Both the position numbers and the translations under genes were made by a program. A stretch of 64,000 nt of DNA, taken from assembly GCA_963765765.1 (NCBI GenBank), contig CAVXYC010000020.1, positions 96,001-160,000 on the forward strand, read 5' to 3'. Shown here one piece after another: positions 29,224-40,195 of the stretch. The notes under the pieces were generated by a model, which saw only the letters and a list, made by a program, of their open reading frames with translations, searched no databases and was not told the origin of the DNA. This stretch comes from an uncultured Chloroflexia bacterium. Lineage in GTDB: Bacteria; Chloroflexota; UBA6077; JACCZL01. How positions within the stretch are numbered: position 1 is the stretch's first letter; every line of letters begins with the position of its first letter.

Positions 29224-30561
29224 ATGAATACACACGTTCAAGGTCTCGAACGGGAGCGGACGCGCGAGCGCCGCGACCGTAAGGCGGACATCCGCGCGCG
29301 ACTCGAGGATGCGCGGGCGCGCACCTGGCAGATCATCGACCCGCTGAGCGACGAAAACGCGCGCAAGCAGCACAACCCGCTCATGAGCCCCCTGGTGTGG
29401 GACGTGGCTCACATTGGCAACTTTGAAGAGCTCTGGTTGGTCCAGGAGCTCGGGAAGCTGCCGTCGATCAACGCGCTCTACGATCAGATCTACGACGCAT
29501 TCAAGAACCCTCGGCGCGAGCGGGAGAAGCTACCCCTCCTCAACCGACAGGAGTGTCGCGAGTACCTGGCGGCCGTTCGCGAACAAGCGTTGGCTCATCT
29601 TGATCAAATCGACCTCGATGCGCCGAATCCACTGACTCATGACGGATACGTGTTCGAGATGATCATCCAACATGAATACCAGCACGACGAGACTATGCTC
29701 GCCACCCTGCAGCTCATGTCGGAGCCTGGCTATCGTCCCGAAATTCCACCGATGCGCGCTGGCTCATGCCCCCACAGGAAATGGTCCTCGTCGGATGCGG
29801 GCCCATTCATTATGGGCACGAACGACCGGGTGGCCGCATACGACAACGAGCGCCTTCCGCACCAGATCAATTTGCCCGCGTTCTGGATGGACAGCGTCCC
29901 CGTGACAAATCAGGCGTATCTGCGGTTCGTGGAAGCAGGCGGCTATCGGCGCACTGAGCTATGGGCACCTGAGGGCCAAGCGTGGCTCGAGCAGTCCGGT
30001 GCCGTATCGCCTCAGTTCTGGGAGCAGCGAGAGGATGGCTGGTGGGTAAACATTTTTGGATACATTCTTCCACTGAACCCTAATCAGCCTGTACAGCACG
30101 TCTGTTACTGGGAGGCCGATGCGTATGCCCGATGGGCGGGTAAGCGGCTCCCGACGGAAGCGGAGTGGGAGAAGGCCGCGTCCTGGGACCCGGCCGCGGA
30201 GCGAAAGTCAATGTTCCCCTGGGGCGATGAACCTCCCACGCCTGATCTAGCCAACCTAGATCAGCTCAATTGGCAGCCATCTGAAGTCGGAGCTCATCCT
30301 AGAGGAGCTAGCACGTACGGATGTCAGCAAATGATTGGCGATGTCTGGGAGTGGGTGAATTCCGATTTTCTGCCGTATCCCGGGTTTGAGGCATTCCCAT
30401 ATAAGGAGTATTCCGAGGTGTTCTTCGGCAGTGACTACAAGATCCTGCGCGGCGGCTCATGGGCCGTACGGCCGGGAGCAATTCGCAACACGTTCCGAAA
30501 CTGGGACTACCCGATCCGTCGTCAAATCTTCAGCGGCTTCCGCTGCGCGCGAGACGCATAG
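29224..30561 (+). CDS. egtB: Sulfoxide synthase (DinB + FGE-sulfatase domains)
   Basis: QH.PLMSPLVWDVAH, QHEYQHDETML, RLPTEAEWEKAA, YKEYS, FRNWDYPIRRQIFSGFRCA. Confidence 0.95.
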   Translation: MNTHVQGLERERTRERRDRKADIRARLEDARARTWQIIDPLSDENARKQHNPLMSPLVWDVAHIGNFEELWLVQELGKLPSINALYDQIYDAFKNPRREREKLPLLNRQECREYLAAVREQALAHLDQIDLDAPNPLTHDGYVFEMIIQHEYQHDETMLATLQLMSEPGYRPEIPPMRAGSCPHRKWSSSDAGPFIMGTNDRVAAYDNERLPHQINLPAFWMDSVPVTNQAYLRFVEAGGYRRTELWAPEGQAWLEQSGAVSPQFWEQREDGWWVNIFGYILPLNPNQPVQHVCYWEADAYARWAGKRLPTEAEWEKAASWDPAAERKSMFPWGDEPPTPDLANLDQLNWQPSEVGAHPRGASTYGCQQMIGDVWEWVNSDFLPYPGFEAFPYKEYSEVFFGSDYKILRGGSWAVRPGAIRNTFRNWDYPIRRQIFSGFRCARDA

Positions 30562-31550
30562 TGACTGCCCGCGAGCTCGATCGCTTCACGCTGGACCGTC
30601 ATCTCGAAGGAAGCCAGCTGAGTACGATGCGCGACGAGGTGCGCGCGGGGTTGACCGCGCCCCAAAAATCGCTACCGTCGAAATACTTCTATGATGCCGT
30701 CGGGTCCGAGCTTTTTGAGAAGATCACTGAGCTTCCGGAGTACTACCAGACCCGTACAGAGTTGGCGATCCTGCAGTCCCTGGCTGCGCCGCTGGCCGAC
30801 CAGTATCGCTGGACTGAGGTGGTTGAGATTGGATCCGGCTCGTCCAAGAAGACGCTGGCAATCCTCGACGCCCTCAACGAGCGCAAACTGCTCAAACGGT
30901 TCATCCCGATCGACGTGAGTGAATCAATCCTTCGCGAGAGCGCTGAGGCACTGCTCAAACGCTACGCCGATATCCGCGTTCATGGTGTGATCGGGGACTT
31001 CATGGTCCACCTGGGCTCAGTCCCGCCATCAGATGGTCGGCGATTGGTGATCTTTCTCGGCAGCACAATTGGCAACCTGGATGTGCCCGAGCGCCTGACG
31101 TTTTTGAAGTCCGTACGTGGCATGCTGGGCCCGGACGATCACTTTCTAGTAGGCATGGACCTGGTGAAGGACATCGCCGTTCTAGAGGCAGCGTACAACG
31201 ACAGTCAGGGCATCACGGCCGAATTCAACCGCAACGTCCTTCGAGTGGTGAATCGGGAACTAAACGCCAATTTCGTTCCCGAAGCCTACCGCCATAGGTC
31301 GTTCTTCAACACGGATGCTTCCAGAATCGAGATGCATCTCGTACCAGAATCGCCGCAAGACGTCGTGATCCATGACCTCGACCTGTCGATTCACTTCGAT
31401 CCGAACGAGACGATTTTTACGGAGATTTCTTGTAAGTACACAGAAGCATCCGCACGCGAGGCGCTTGAGCTTGCAGGCCTGGAGCTATCAGCGTGGTATA
31501 CGGATCCCAAAGGGCTATTTGGGATGGCGCTGGCGAAGCGTCGGGATTAG
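30561..31550 (+). CDS. egtD: Histidine N-trimethyltransferase
   Basis: LPSKYFYD..GS.LFE.IT.LPEYYQTRTE, GSGSS.KT, FLGSTIGN, AYND..G.TAEFN, RIEM, TEISCKY; GTG overlaps the egtB stop. Confidence 0.95.
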   Translation: MTARELDRFTLDRHLEGSQLSTMRDEVRAGLTAPQKSLPSKYFYDAVGSELFEKITELPEYYQTRTELAILQSLAAPLADQYRWTEVVEIGSGSSKKTLAILDALNERKLLKRFIPIDVSESILRESAEALLKRYADIRVHGVIGDFMVHLGSVPPSDGRRLVIFLGSTIGNLDVPERLTFLKSVRGMLGPDDHFLVGMDLVKDIAVLEAAYNDSQGITAEFNRNVLRVVNRELNANFVPEAYRHRSFFNTDASRIEMHLVPESPQDVVIHDLDLSIHFDPNETIFTEISCKYTEASAREALELAGLELSAWYTDPKGLFGMALAKRRD

Positions 31551-31627
31551 AGACGAACTAGTTCCCTACTGAAGCGTCTTTCAATGGCAGGAATGGAGCT
31601 GAGTTACTAGCCTACGGCCCACCGGTG

Positions 31628-31775
31628 ATATCGGCGACACCCTCGGTGTTCATGGCGTGTCGGTGCGCCTGAGCGCATGGCACTTCTCCGGATGACAAGG
31701 ACGAACAGCGTTCCGGCGAAATATCGGTGTTCATGCGTCGTGCGCCGAGCGCGTGGCGCGTCTCAGGGCGACAAC
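31628..31775. repeat. Two degenerate tandem copies of a ~55-bp structured element
   Basis: TCGGTGTTCATG(G)CGT..GTGCGCC(T)GAGCGC.TGGC....CTC.GG..GACAA repeated between egtD and gatA. Confidence 0.65.
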
Positions 31776-31855
31776 AACAATTAGGGACAACGAAAGCGCG
31801 ATAAATGAGCCGCTCTGGCAGGGGCCAGAACGCTCCTGCCGATGCTTACCCAAGT

Positions 31856-33329
31856 CTACTCGTCAGCTATCGGCGCGAACTTCGTGGACCAATCGGTCGC
31901 CTGCTCATAAGCATTGGCAACACGCAGCACCATGGACTCGTCAAGAGGCTTGCCGATGATCTGAAATCCGACCGGGATTCCCTCTGAGAACCCGCACGGC
32001 AGACTCAATCCAGGCAAACCCGCGAGATTGACCGGAATGGTGCAAACATCTGACAGGTACATCGCCACCGGATCATCCGTCCGCTCACCAATGCGAAACG
32101 CGACGGTCGGAGAAGTTGGAGCCACCAGCGCGTCAAATTTCTGGAACGCTTCATCGAAATCGCGCTTTATAAGCGTCCGGATCTTCTGAGCCTTGAGATA
32201 GTAGGCGTCGTAGTAGCCTGAAGAAAGCGCGTACGCCCCCAGCATGATGCGCCGCTTCACCTCTGGACCGAAACCTCGGCCGCGTGTTTTGAGATACGAG
32301 TCCCACATGTTTTCAGCATCACGGGCGCTCAATCCGTATTTCACGCCGTCAAATCGAGCGAGGTTCGCGCTGCACTCGGCCGGAGCGATGATGTAGTAGG
32401 CAGACAGACCGTAGTCCGTGTGGGGAAGGGAAACTTCGCCGACCTCGGCACCGAGATCCTCGAGCACCTTGATCGCCGCCCGCACCGCGGATTCCACGCC
32501 GGGCTCCATCCCGCCAACGAAATACTCCCGGGGGATACCTAGCTTCAGCCCCTTCACGCCCTTCTCCAGATCGGCCATGAAGTCAGGAACCGGCTCGATC
32601 GAGCGATGTGGAGTCCAGCGGATCATGTCCGCTGATGGTCCGAAGTAGGAGCGCAGAGTCGGCGACCGTCCGGGTGAACGGTCCGATCTGATCCAGTGAC
32701 GAGGCAAACGCCACCAATCCGAAGCGCGACACCCGACCATAGGTCGGCTTCACACCGACGACCCCGCAAAGCGAGGCCGGCTGTCGAATTGATCCACCAG
32801 TGTCGCTGCCCAGCGATGCCGGCGCCTCGAGGGCCGCGACAGCCGCGGCCGATCCGCCGCTCGAGCCTCCCGGAACGCAGTTCAGATCCCACGGATTTCG
32901 TGTGACGTGATACGCGGAATTCTCAGTGGAGGATCCCATGGCGAATTCATCCATGTTGGTCTTGCCCAGCATGATGGCGCCCGCGTCACCCAGCTTGCGC
33001 ATCACCGTTGCGTCGATGATTGGCTCAAAGTTTTCGAGCATCTTCGAGCCGCAGGTCGTTCGCACATCGCGCGTGGAGATAACGTCCTTAATCGCGAGTG
33101 GAACACCTAGGAGGTCGCCGGTTTCGCCGGATTTTCGGCGTGCGTCCGCCGCTCTGGCCTGATCGAGCGCGATCTCGGGAGTCGCGAGTAGGAACGACCC
33201 GACGCGATCGTCGATCGAGGCTATCCATTCGAGGTGTGCACGCGTGAGCTCCTCAGATGAGATGCTGCCGCTGTTGAGAAGGCGAAGAGCATTATGGACG
33301 CTCAGTTGATTGAGCTCAGGGACTGCCAA
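31856..33329 (-). CDS. gatA: Asp/Glu-tRNA amidotransferase subunit A (frameshift ~32590)
   Basis: [50 protein letters not shown]. Confidence 0.96.
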
Positions 33330-33349
33330 GATGTGTGCTCCTCCGCTGC

Positions 33350-33637
33350 CTACTCGAGAACCGGCTTGACGCGTATATAGCCATCCTCACGCATGGGCGC
33401 GTTTTTCAGGATCTCTTCAGTAGGACTGCACGGGCGCACTTGATCCTCACGCATTACGTTTCCAAGCGGGATTACCTGAGCCGTGGGAGGGATATGGTCC
33501 GTATCGACCTGATTGATGACCTGCATCACGTCCAGGATGTGCGAAAGCTGCTCCTGGAAATGCGTCTTCTCATCCTCAGTCAGCCCCAGCCGAACCAGGT
33601 AGGCCACGTGCTCAACTTCCTCGCGCGAAATCGCCAT
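33350..33637 (-). CDS. gatC: Asp/Glu-tRNA amidotransferase subunit C
   Basis: [28 protein letters not shown]; start at 33637. Confidence 0.95.
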   Translation of the reverse strand: MAISREEVEHVAYLVRLGLTEDEKTHFQEQLSHILDVMQVINQVDTDHIPPTAQVIPLGNVMREDQVRPCSPTEEILKNAPMREDGYIRVKPVLE

Positions 33638-33755
33638 GCGGGTGTTCCCTCCGTCTGAGGAGTATAGCGGGAAGGACCTCGCCTTCAGGCCGAGGTCGCA
33701 TGGTGGGATCAGTGGCACCAGAAAGCCAGCATCAACGGGCTATACTGCGCTCGCC

Positions 33756-35345
33756 ATGAATACCGAAACATCTGTTCAGCGCCTCGGCGTGGTTGGCGCG
33801 GGCACCATGGGCGCGAGCATCGCTCAAGTCAGCGCGTGCGCTGGAATCGAAACAACCCTTTATGACGTGAGCGCAGCGGTACTGGAGCAGTCGGTCGATC
33901 GAATTCGCGATTCGCTCGAGCGATTGGAGCGCCGTGGCCGGTTCACCGCCGATGAGGTTCGCGAGGCGATTGAGCGCATTCGTACCGTGACACAAATCGA
34001 TGCCTTCGGGGGGTGCGACGCGATTATTGAAGCGGCTCCAGAGGTCCTCGAGCTCAAGCAAGAGCTATTCGTGCATCTCGATGCGTTGTGCGCGGAACCG
34101 GTATTGCTTGCCAGCAACACGTCATCGCTGAGCATCACAGAGATTGCTGCGAACACCCGCAATCCCGAGCGCTGCATCGGTATGCACTTCTTCAATCCAC
34201 CTGTCCTCATGCAGCTCATCGAAGTCATTCCCGGCGTGCGCTCCGCACCGGCATCAACAGCCAGAGGCGTAGCCCTGGCGCGCCAACTGGGGAAAACTCC
34301 CGTAGAGGCTCGTGATACGCCCGGCTTCATCGTGAACCGCGTCATTCGCCCGTTCTACCTCGAAGCGCTCAGGATTCTGGGCGAGGGCATCGCGGACGTA
34401 CTGACGATCGATCGCATCATGAAGATCGGCGGGGGCTTTCCGATGGGCCCGTTTGAGCTTATCGACCTTGTTGGCCTGGATGTCAATTTGGCCGTGAGCC
34501 AGACGGTTTACGACTCATTTTTCCAGCCGCCGCGATTTCGACCGCATCTGATTCAGCAGCAGATGACACGGGCTGGACTACACGGACGCAAAACGGGACG
34601 CGGGTTCTATTCCTATGAGGATGGGAAACCCGTTGGATCGGTCGAGCCGGAACGGCCCGCCGCTGAAGCCCCGAAAAATGTCGCGGTCGTAGGCGATGGC
34701 GACCTGGCTCACGACATTCGGCAGGCCGCCCAGGCCTCTCGCATCTCGGTTGTGGAAAGCCCCGCCGAGGCGGCTCTCGTCGTTAGCGCGGCAGTCGGAC
34801 CGATAGAGATTAGACGACTCGCCATCCGGAAGCTTCTCGAGATCATTTCCGAGGACACAGAGGTCGTTGTCCATTGCGGCCCCTATTCCTGCACCGAGCT
34901 TGTCTCGACGCTTCGAACTCAAACGTCCGTATCAGGGTTCAACTTTGTCGGCCGATTTGAGGAGTCGCCGCTCATCGAAGTTGCCCGCGGCTGGAGCGGA
35001 CGTGAATCGGCCGCATCAGCGAGCGAAGCCTTCTTCCAGCAGGTCGGCAAGAAGACTGCGCGGGTCGGCGACTCGCCCGGTATGGTCCTCACCCGCATCC
35101 TTGCAGCGATCGCCAATGAGGGCCTAATCGCCCTGCATGAAGGACTGGCATCTCGGTCTGACATCGACACGGCCGTAAAACTGGGAGCCAATCACCCTCG
35201 CGGGCCACTCGATTGGGCCGAGCTCCTTGGCTTGGATACCGTCTTTCAGACACTTCGATCACTACAGTCGGAGCTCGGCGACGCCTATCTACCGGCCACG
35301 CGGTTACGGCGGCTGGTACAGGCGGGGAACACGACCGTCGCTTGA
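33756..35345 (+). CDS. 3-hydroxyacyl-CoA dehydrogenase (PaaH-like, duplicated C-terminal domain)
   Basis: GVVGAGTMG, IEA, SNTSS, GMHFFNP, PGFIVNR, PMGPF, second GANHPRGP. Confidence 0.9.
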   Translation: MNTETSVQRLGVVGAGTMGASIAQVSACAGIETTLYDVSAAVLEQSVDRIRDSLERLERRGRFTADEVREAIERIRTVTQIDAFGGCDAIIEAAPEVLELKQELFVHLDALCAEPVLLASNTSSLSITEIAANTRNPERCIGMHFFNPPVLMQLIEVIPGVRSAPASTARGVALARQLGKTPVEARDTPGFIVNRVIRPFYLEALRILGEGIADVLTIDRIMKIGGGFPMGPFELIDLVGLDVNLAVSQTVYDSFFQPPRFRPHLIQQQMTRAGLHGRKTGRGFYSYEDGKPVGSVEPERPAAEAPKNVAVVGDGDLAHDIRQAAQASRISVVESPAEAALVVSAAVGPIEIRRLAIRKLLEIISEDTEVVVHCGPYSCTELVSTLRTQTSVSGFNFVGRFEESPLIEVARGWSGRESAASASEAFFQQVGKKTARVGDSPGMVLTRILAAIANEGLIALHEGLASRSDIDTAVKLGANHPRGPLDWAELLGLDTVFQTLRSLQSELGDAYLPATRLRRLVQAGNTTVA

Positions 35346-35408
35346 CCACCCTGGGAACGATGGCGTCCCTGGGCCCCCGGCCAATGCAGTGGAGTTAGGC
35401 GTCCGTGT

Positions 35409-35487
35409 CGGGGACAGGGGTCTCTGCCTGCCCCGTCCGGGTGAAGCTTCCTGTTGCACGGGACAGGAAGAGACGCCTGTCCCACCG
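35409..35487. repeat. Inverted pair of REP-like elements
   Basis: GGGGACAGGGGTCTCTGCCTGCCCC and GGGACAGGAAGAGACGCCTGTCCCACC; same family as ~13030. Confidence 0.7.
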
Positions 35488-35534
35488 AGTCGGGGTGTCT
35501 GATGAGGACCTCGAGATCTCCCTCGCATCCAAAC

Positions 35535-37494
35535 CTACACCGCCCGACCAATCTCCTCAATCGCGCTTGGGTTCTCGAGCCCAGTCATATCACCCAGGTC
35601 CGCTGCGCCGAGATACTTAGCGCGAATAAGACGGCGCATGATCTTGGCGTTGCGTGTCTTGGGAATGTCCTTGGTGAACTTCACAGCCTCGGGTCGCATC
35701 GGCTTGCCCAGAACCGCCGCGACGGCATCCTTGATCTCTTCGCGAAGCTGATCGCTGGGGTTATAACCGGGGCGGAGGATGGCAAAGCACACGACGATCT
35801 GGCCCTTGAGCTCATTCGGGACTCCGACCGCGGCACACTCCTGTACGCTTGGGTGGGTGATCGCGGCCGATTCAACCTCGGCGGGGCCGAGACGCTTACC
35901 GGCAATCTTGATTGTGTCGTCGGAGCGCCCCTGGATGTACCAGTAGCCCTCATCATCGATCAGCGCCCAGTCGCCGTGGACCCAGATATCGGGCCAGCGC
36001 GACCAATACGCCTCGATGTATCTCTCGGGGTCTTTCCAGAATCCGTTGGTCATGCCCGGCCAGGAGTTGCGAATGACCAGCTCGCCCACTTCGCCGCGAA
36101 CGGAATTTCCTTCGTCATCCACCACGTCGGCGGCAATGCCGGGAACTGGACCGGAGAAGCTCGCCGGCTTGAGCGGCGTGATCGTGAAACACCCGATGAT
36201 TCCGCCGGAGATCTCTGTGCCGCCCGAATAATTGAGAATCGGACAGCGGCCCCCGCCGACCTTTTCGAAATACCACATGTACGGATCGGGGTTCCACGGC
36301 TCGCCCGTTGAACCGAGCGCGCGCAACGAAGAGAGGTCGTGCTTTGTCACCCACTCATCGCCATACGGCATGAGTCCGCGGATCGCCGTGGGTGAGATGC
36401 CCAGCAGTGTGACACCGTGTCGCTCGACCATGTCCCAGACCCGGTCGGGCTGTGGGAACTCCGGAGTCCCCTCGTACAGGAATGCTGTAGCGCCAAGAAT
36501 GAGCGAGCCGCAAAACAACCAGGGGCCCATCATCCAGCCCATATCCGTGAACCAGAACACCAGGTCATCACCCTGTACGTCGAAACCCTGGCTCATGTCA
36601 GCGGCCGCCTTGAGGGGGAAGCCCGTGTGCGTGTGAACCGCCCCCTTCGGCTTCCCGGTGGTGCCAGACGTATAGATGATCATCATCGGATCATCCGCCG
36701 CGGTGTCTTCCGCCTCGCACAACCTCGGCTGGTCAGCAACGAGCTCGTGCCACCACTTGTCTCGCCCGTCACTCCAGGGCACGTCGGCGCGACCCAGTCG
36801 ACTGAATACCACCACGTGCTTAACTGTCGGCGATTCGCTCACGGCGGTATCAGCCGTCTCCTTCATGGTGATCACGTTGCCGCGTCGGTAGAAGCCGTCC
36901 GCCGTGATGAGCACCTTAGCCTCACAATCCTGAAGGCGTGAGGCGACCGCGGACGGCGCATAGCCTGAAAAGATTGGCGTGTAGATAGCGCCAATGCGTG
37001 AGCATGCCAGACTGGCGATGCCGACCTCGGGGGTGAGCGGCATGAAGATGCCAACCCGATCGCCCTTGCCCACGCCCAAGGACCTCAGCCCATTCGCCAG
37101 ACGATTGACCTCTTCAAGGACCTCCCGGTAAGTCAGGCGCCGAATTTCGCCGTCCTCACCTTCCCAGATGAGCGCCAGCTTGTTAGCGGTTCTCTGAGCG
37201 CACGTGTCGATCGAGCGCGTTCGTCGTGTAGTTCACTCGACCGTCGACGAACCACCTGGACCAGGCCAATCCCTTGGACGTGTCGAGAATCGCGGAGGGC
37301 CGCTGTTTCCATTCCCAGCCAATGTCCTGGAGCACCGCCTCCCAGAACCAGCTTGGGTTCTCAACTGATCTCTTCTGAAGTTCCGGGAGGTCTTTGATAC
37401 CGAAGCGCCGCATGAAATTGATGAGGCGACTGCGTTCTATGTGTGCCGGTCCGGGTTCCCAGACGATTTCGTTGCGCGTGGCCTCAGCGGTCAT
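35535..37494 (-). CDS. acs: Acetate/acyl-CoA ligase (frameshift ~37185)
   Basis: IYTSGTTGKPKG, GWMMG, GEPW, GRSDD.IK.AG.R, PKTRNAKIMRR; N-terminus in ORF 37183..37575. Confidence 0.88.
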
Positions 37495-37771
37495 GAAAGC
37501 TCTCCCACCCTTGGGGTGCGTCGGCCTTAGCGTCGGCCGGACGGATTCGATCATAACAGGGGGAAGCCGGTCCAATTCTTTGGACTGCGGCGGTTATCGC
37601 CGCCTTCTCGCGAGGCTGGAAGCCGAGGGCGGACGCGCTCAGCGCTAGGAGAAAGCGGCGAAGAACGACGCAGTCCAAAGGGCATGCGCGGAGCCTCTGG
37701 TAGAATCAGCCCCGTCGGCAGTCTTATTTTTCGCACACCATTCAGCCCAAAAACCTTGGTTGGAGGCCACG

Positions 37772-39107
37772 ATGCCTGAACCGTCCGCGGCCCTTCTGGT
37801 CCAGCAAGATCGCAATCACCTGATCCATCCCCAGTACCACCCGGATGACCACGAGGGAGCTATCATCTTTGCCTCGGGTAAAGATGCGGTGCTCAAGAGC
37901 GTGGACGGCAAGGAGTACATAGACGGGCTCTCCTGTCTATGGAACGTTGCCATCGGCCATGGTCGCGCGGAGATGGCTGACGCGGCCGCGGAGCAGATGC
38001 GCGAGCTGCAGTACGCCAACAACTACACTGGGTTCTCGAACATCCCGGCTGATTCAGTTAGCCACCAAGATCTCCGAGATCACCTATCCGGATCTCAACG
38101 CGGTCTTCTTCACCAGTGGCGGCGCAGAGTCGAACGAGTCGGCTTTCAAGACCGCGCGCTGGTACTGGAAGATGGTGGGCAAGCCCGAGAAAACGAAGGT
38201 CATTTCGCGAATGTTTGGCTATCACGGCGTCACCCTGGCCGCGATGAGCGCCACAGGCCTGCCCGTATTCTGGCCGCCGTTCGAGCCGAGAGTGCCGGGC
38301 TTTGTGCACATTAATCCACCCTATCCGTGGATGTTCGACACTGACGGCGCCGAAGAGCTGGAAAAGAAGATCCTCGAGGAAGGGCAGGAGACGGTCGCGG
38401 CATTCATCGCGGAGCCCGTCATGGGCGCAGGCGGCGTCGTCCCTCCTCCAGATGACTATTTCCCGCGCGTCCGGGCGATTTGCGACAAATATGAGGTGCT
38501 CTTCATTGCCGATGAAGTCATCACTGGCTTCGGTCGTACCGGCAAATGGTTCGGACTCGAGCACTGGGGCGTCCAGCCAGACATTGTCTCCTTCGCAAAG
38601 ATCGTGACCAGCGGCTACCTGCCCCTCGGTGGAATCATCATCTCTGATGAGCTGCACAACACGATGCTCAATGCGCCGATCGATAGAAAGTACATGCACG
38701 CCTACACCTATTCCGGTCACGCGACGTGCTGCGCGGTGGGACTCAAGAACATTGAGATCATTGAAAAGGAGAATCTTGTCGAACGAGCCGGAGTTCTGGG
38801 CACTCGACTGCTTGCCGGACTCAAGACACTGGAAGACATTCCATGCGTTGGCGAGGTCCGTGGGCTTGGCCTGATGTGTGCCGTTGAGCTCACCGCGGAT
38901 AGAGCAACCAAGAAGCCGTTCGAGCCTGGTCTCAATATGGGCGGGCGCGTCATCCGTGAGGGCAAGCTTCGCGGCGTTATTCTGCGGAACCGAGGCGACG
39001 TGATCATGATGGCGCCGCCATACGTGACCACTGAAGAGCAGATCGATACGATCGTCTCAGTGCTGCGCGAGTCGCTCATCGCGGCAACGGCCGCCGTCGC
39101 ACGATAG
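37772..39107 (+). CDS. Class III PLP aminotransferase (frameshift ~38048)
   Basis: YIDG.S.LW, SGGAESNE, YHG, IAEPV, IADEVITGFGRTG, AK, YTYSGH. Confidence 0.9.
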
Positions 39108-39160
39108 CTTTCTGGTACCTGGCATCCCGCGCCACCGTATTCTCATAAAGGAGCAATTCA

Positions 39161-40015
39161 CTGACCGCCACACTGCTTGACGGCCGTCCCGTGGCGGCCA
39201 TGATCTGGGAGGACGTCGCGGCTCGCGCGGCGTCATTTTGCGCGTCTGCCGGGCGAGCACCTCGGGTCACCTTGCTCGCCGCGGACGATGATCCCGAATT
39301 CGGCGCCTATGCCAGCTCAATCGAACGGAGCTTCGGACGCTACGGCCTCGAGGTCGCACGAACGTCGCTCGATAGCAACCTGACGCAGGATCATCTGGAG
39401 CAGCGACTCCGAGCGCTGGGCGCTGATAGCTCCGTTGATGGCATCCTTCTTCAGGCGCCACTCCCGGCTCCGTTGGACGGCACACTCGCCATCGCGCGAT
39501 CGCTACCTCCTGAGAAGGACATCGAGGGGATCCATCCAGCACATTCCGGTGCCTTGGCCATTGGCAAGCCCGCCGTGGCGCCCTCCACACCAGCCGGCGG
39601 CATGGAGATCCTGAAGTTCTACGACGTCGATCCACGGGGCAAGCGCGCAGTAATCATTGGGCGCAGCGCCATCGTTGGTCGTCCGCTCTCATGGCTGCTT
39701 TTAGCTCAGGACGCCACCGTTACGGTGTGCCACTCTCGAACGGTGGACCTTCCCTCCGTAACGCGCGAGGCGGACATCCTGGCCGCGGCCATTGGCCGCC
39801 CGGGTTTTGTCACAGACGAGATGGTGAAGCCGGGCGCTGTGGTGCTCGACTTTGGAACGACCTACGTCGATGGCAAGCTGCGCGGAGACGTTGACGCTGA
39901 CTCAGTGATGGACGTGGCCGGCGCTCTCACACCAGTGCCCGGCGGGGCCGGACCTGTGACAACCGCGGTCATTGGACGATGTTTGATCGAGGCGGCCGAG
40001 CGACTCCAGCGGTAG
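39161..40015 (+). CDS. folD: Methylene-THF dehydrogenase/cyclohydrolase; probable CTG start
   Basis: AAGGAG + 7 nt + CTG gives (M)TATLLDGR; DGILLQ.P, KDIEG, GRS.IVGRP, TPVPGG.GP.T. Confidence 0.92.
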   Translation: MTATLLDGRPVAAMIWEDVAARAASFCASAGRAPRVTLLAADDDPEFGAYASSIERSFGRYGLEVARTSLDSNLTQDHLEQRLRALGADSSVDGILLQAPLPAPLDGTLAIARSLPPEKDIEGIHPAHSGALAIGKPAVAPSTPAGGMEILKFYDVDPRGKRAVIIGRSAIVGRPLSWLLLAQDATVTVCHSRTVDLPSVTREADILAAAIGRPGFVTDEMVKPGAVVLDFGTTYVDGKLRGDVDADSVMDVAGALTPVPGGAGPVTTAVIGRCLIEAAERLQR

Positions 40016-40070
40016 CTCTAACCGCGCTATAGCCGCGAGAGCAAGTACAATTCGGGGCTTTTAAAGCATC

Positions 40071-40134
40071 TGGTGGTGTCAGGGCATCTTGCCCGACAGT
40101 CCAGCTCATCGGGCGAGATGCCCTGACACCACCA
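40071..40134. repeat. Inverted REP-like pair
   Basis: GTGTCAGGGCATCTTGCCCGA / TCGGGCGAGATGCCCTGACAC. Confidence 0.65.
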
Positions 40135-40195
40135 GCGACAAGGAGCCTGCGGCTACGGAGAAAAATCGCAGGGCCCGCCGTAGCACCGTGGTAGC

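Noticed and set aside
29224-30561. Selenoneine (SenA) or ovothiol (OvoA) assignment
   Set aside because: Flanked by egtA and egtD; no selD/senB nearby and no C-terminal methyltransferase domain
35454-36311. 285-aa plus-strand ORF, and similar ones at 16824-17639 and 62311-63006
   Set aside because: Antisense to real genes; typical high-GC shadow ORFs
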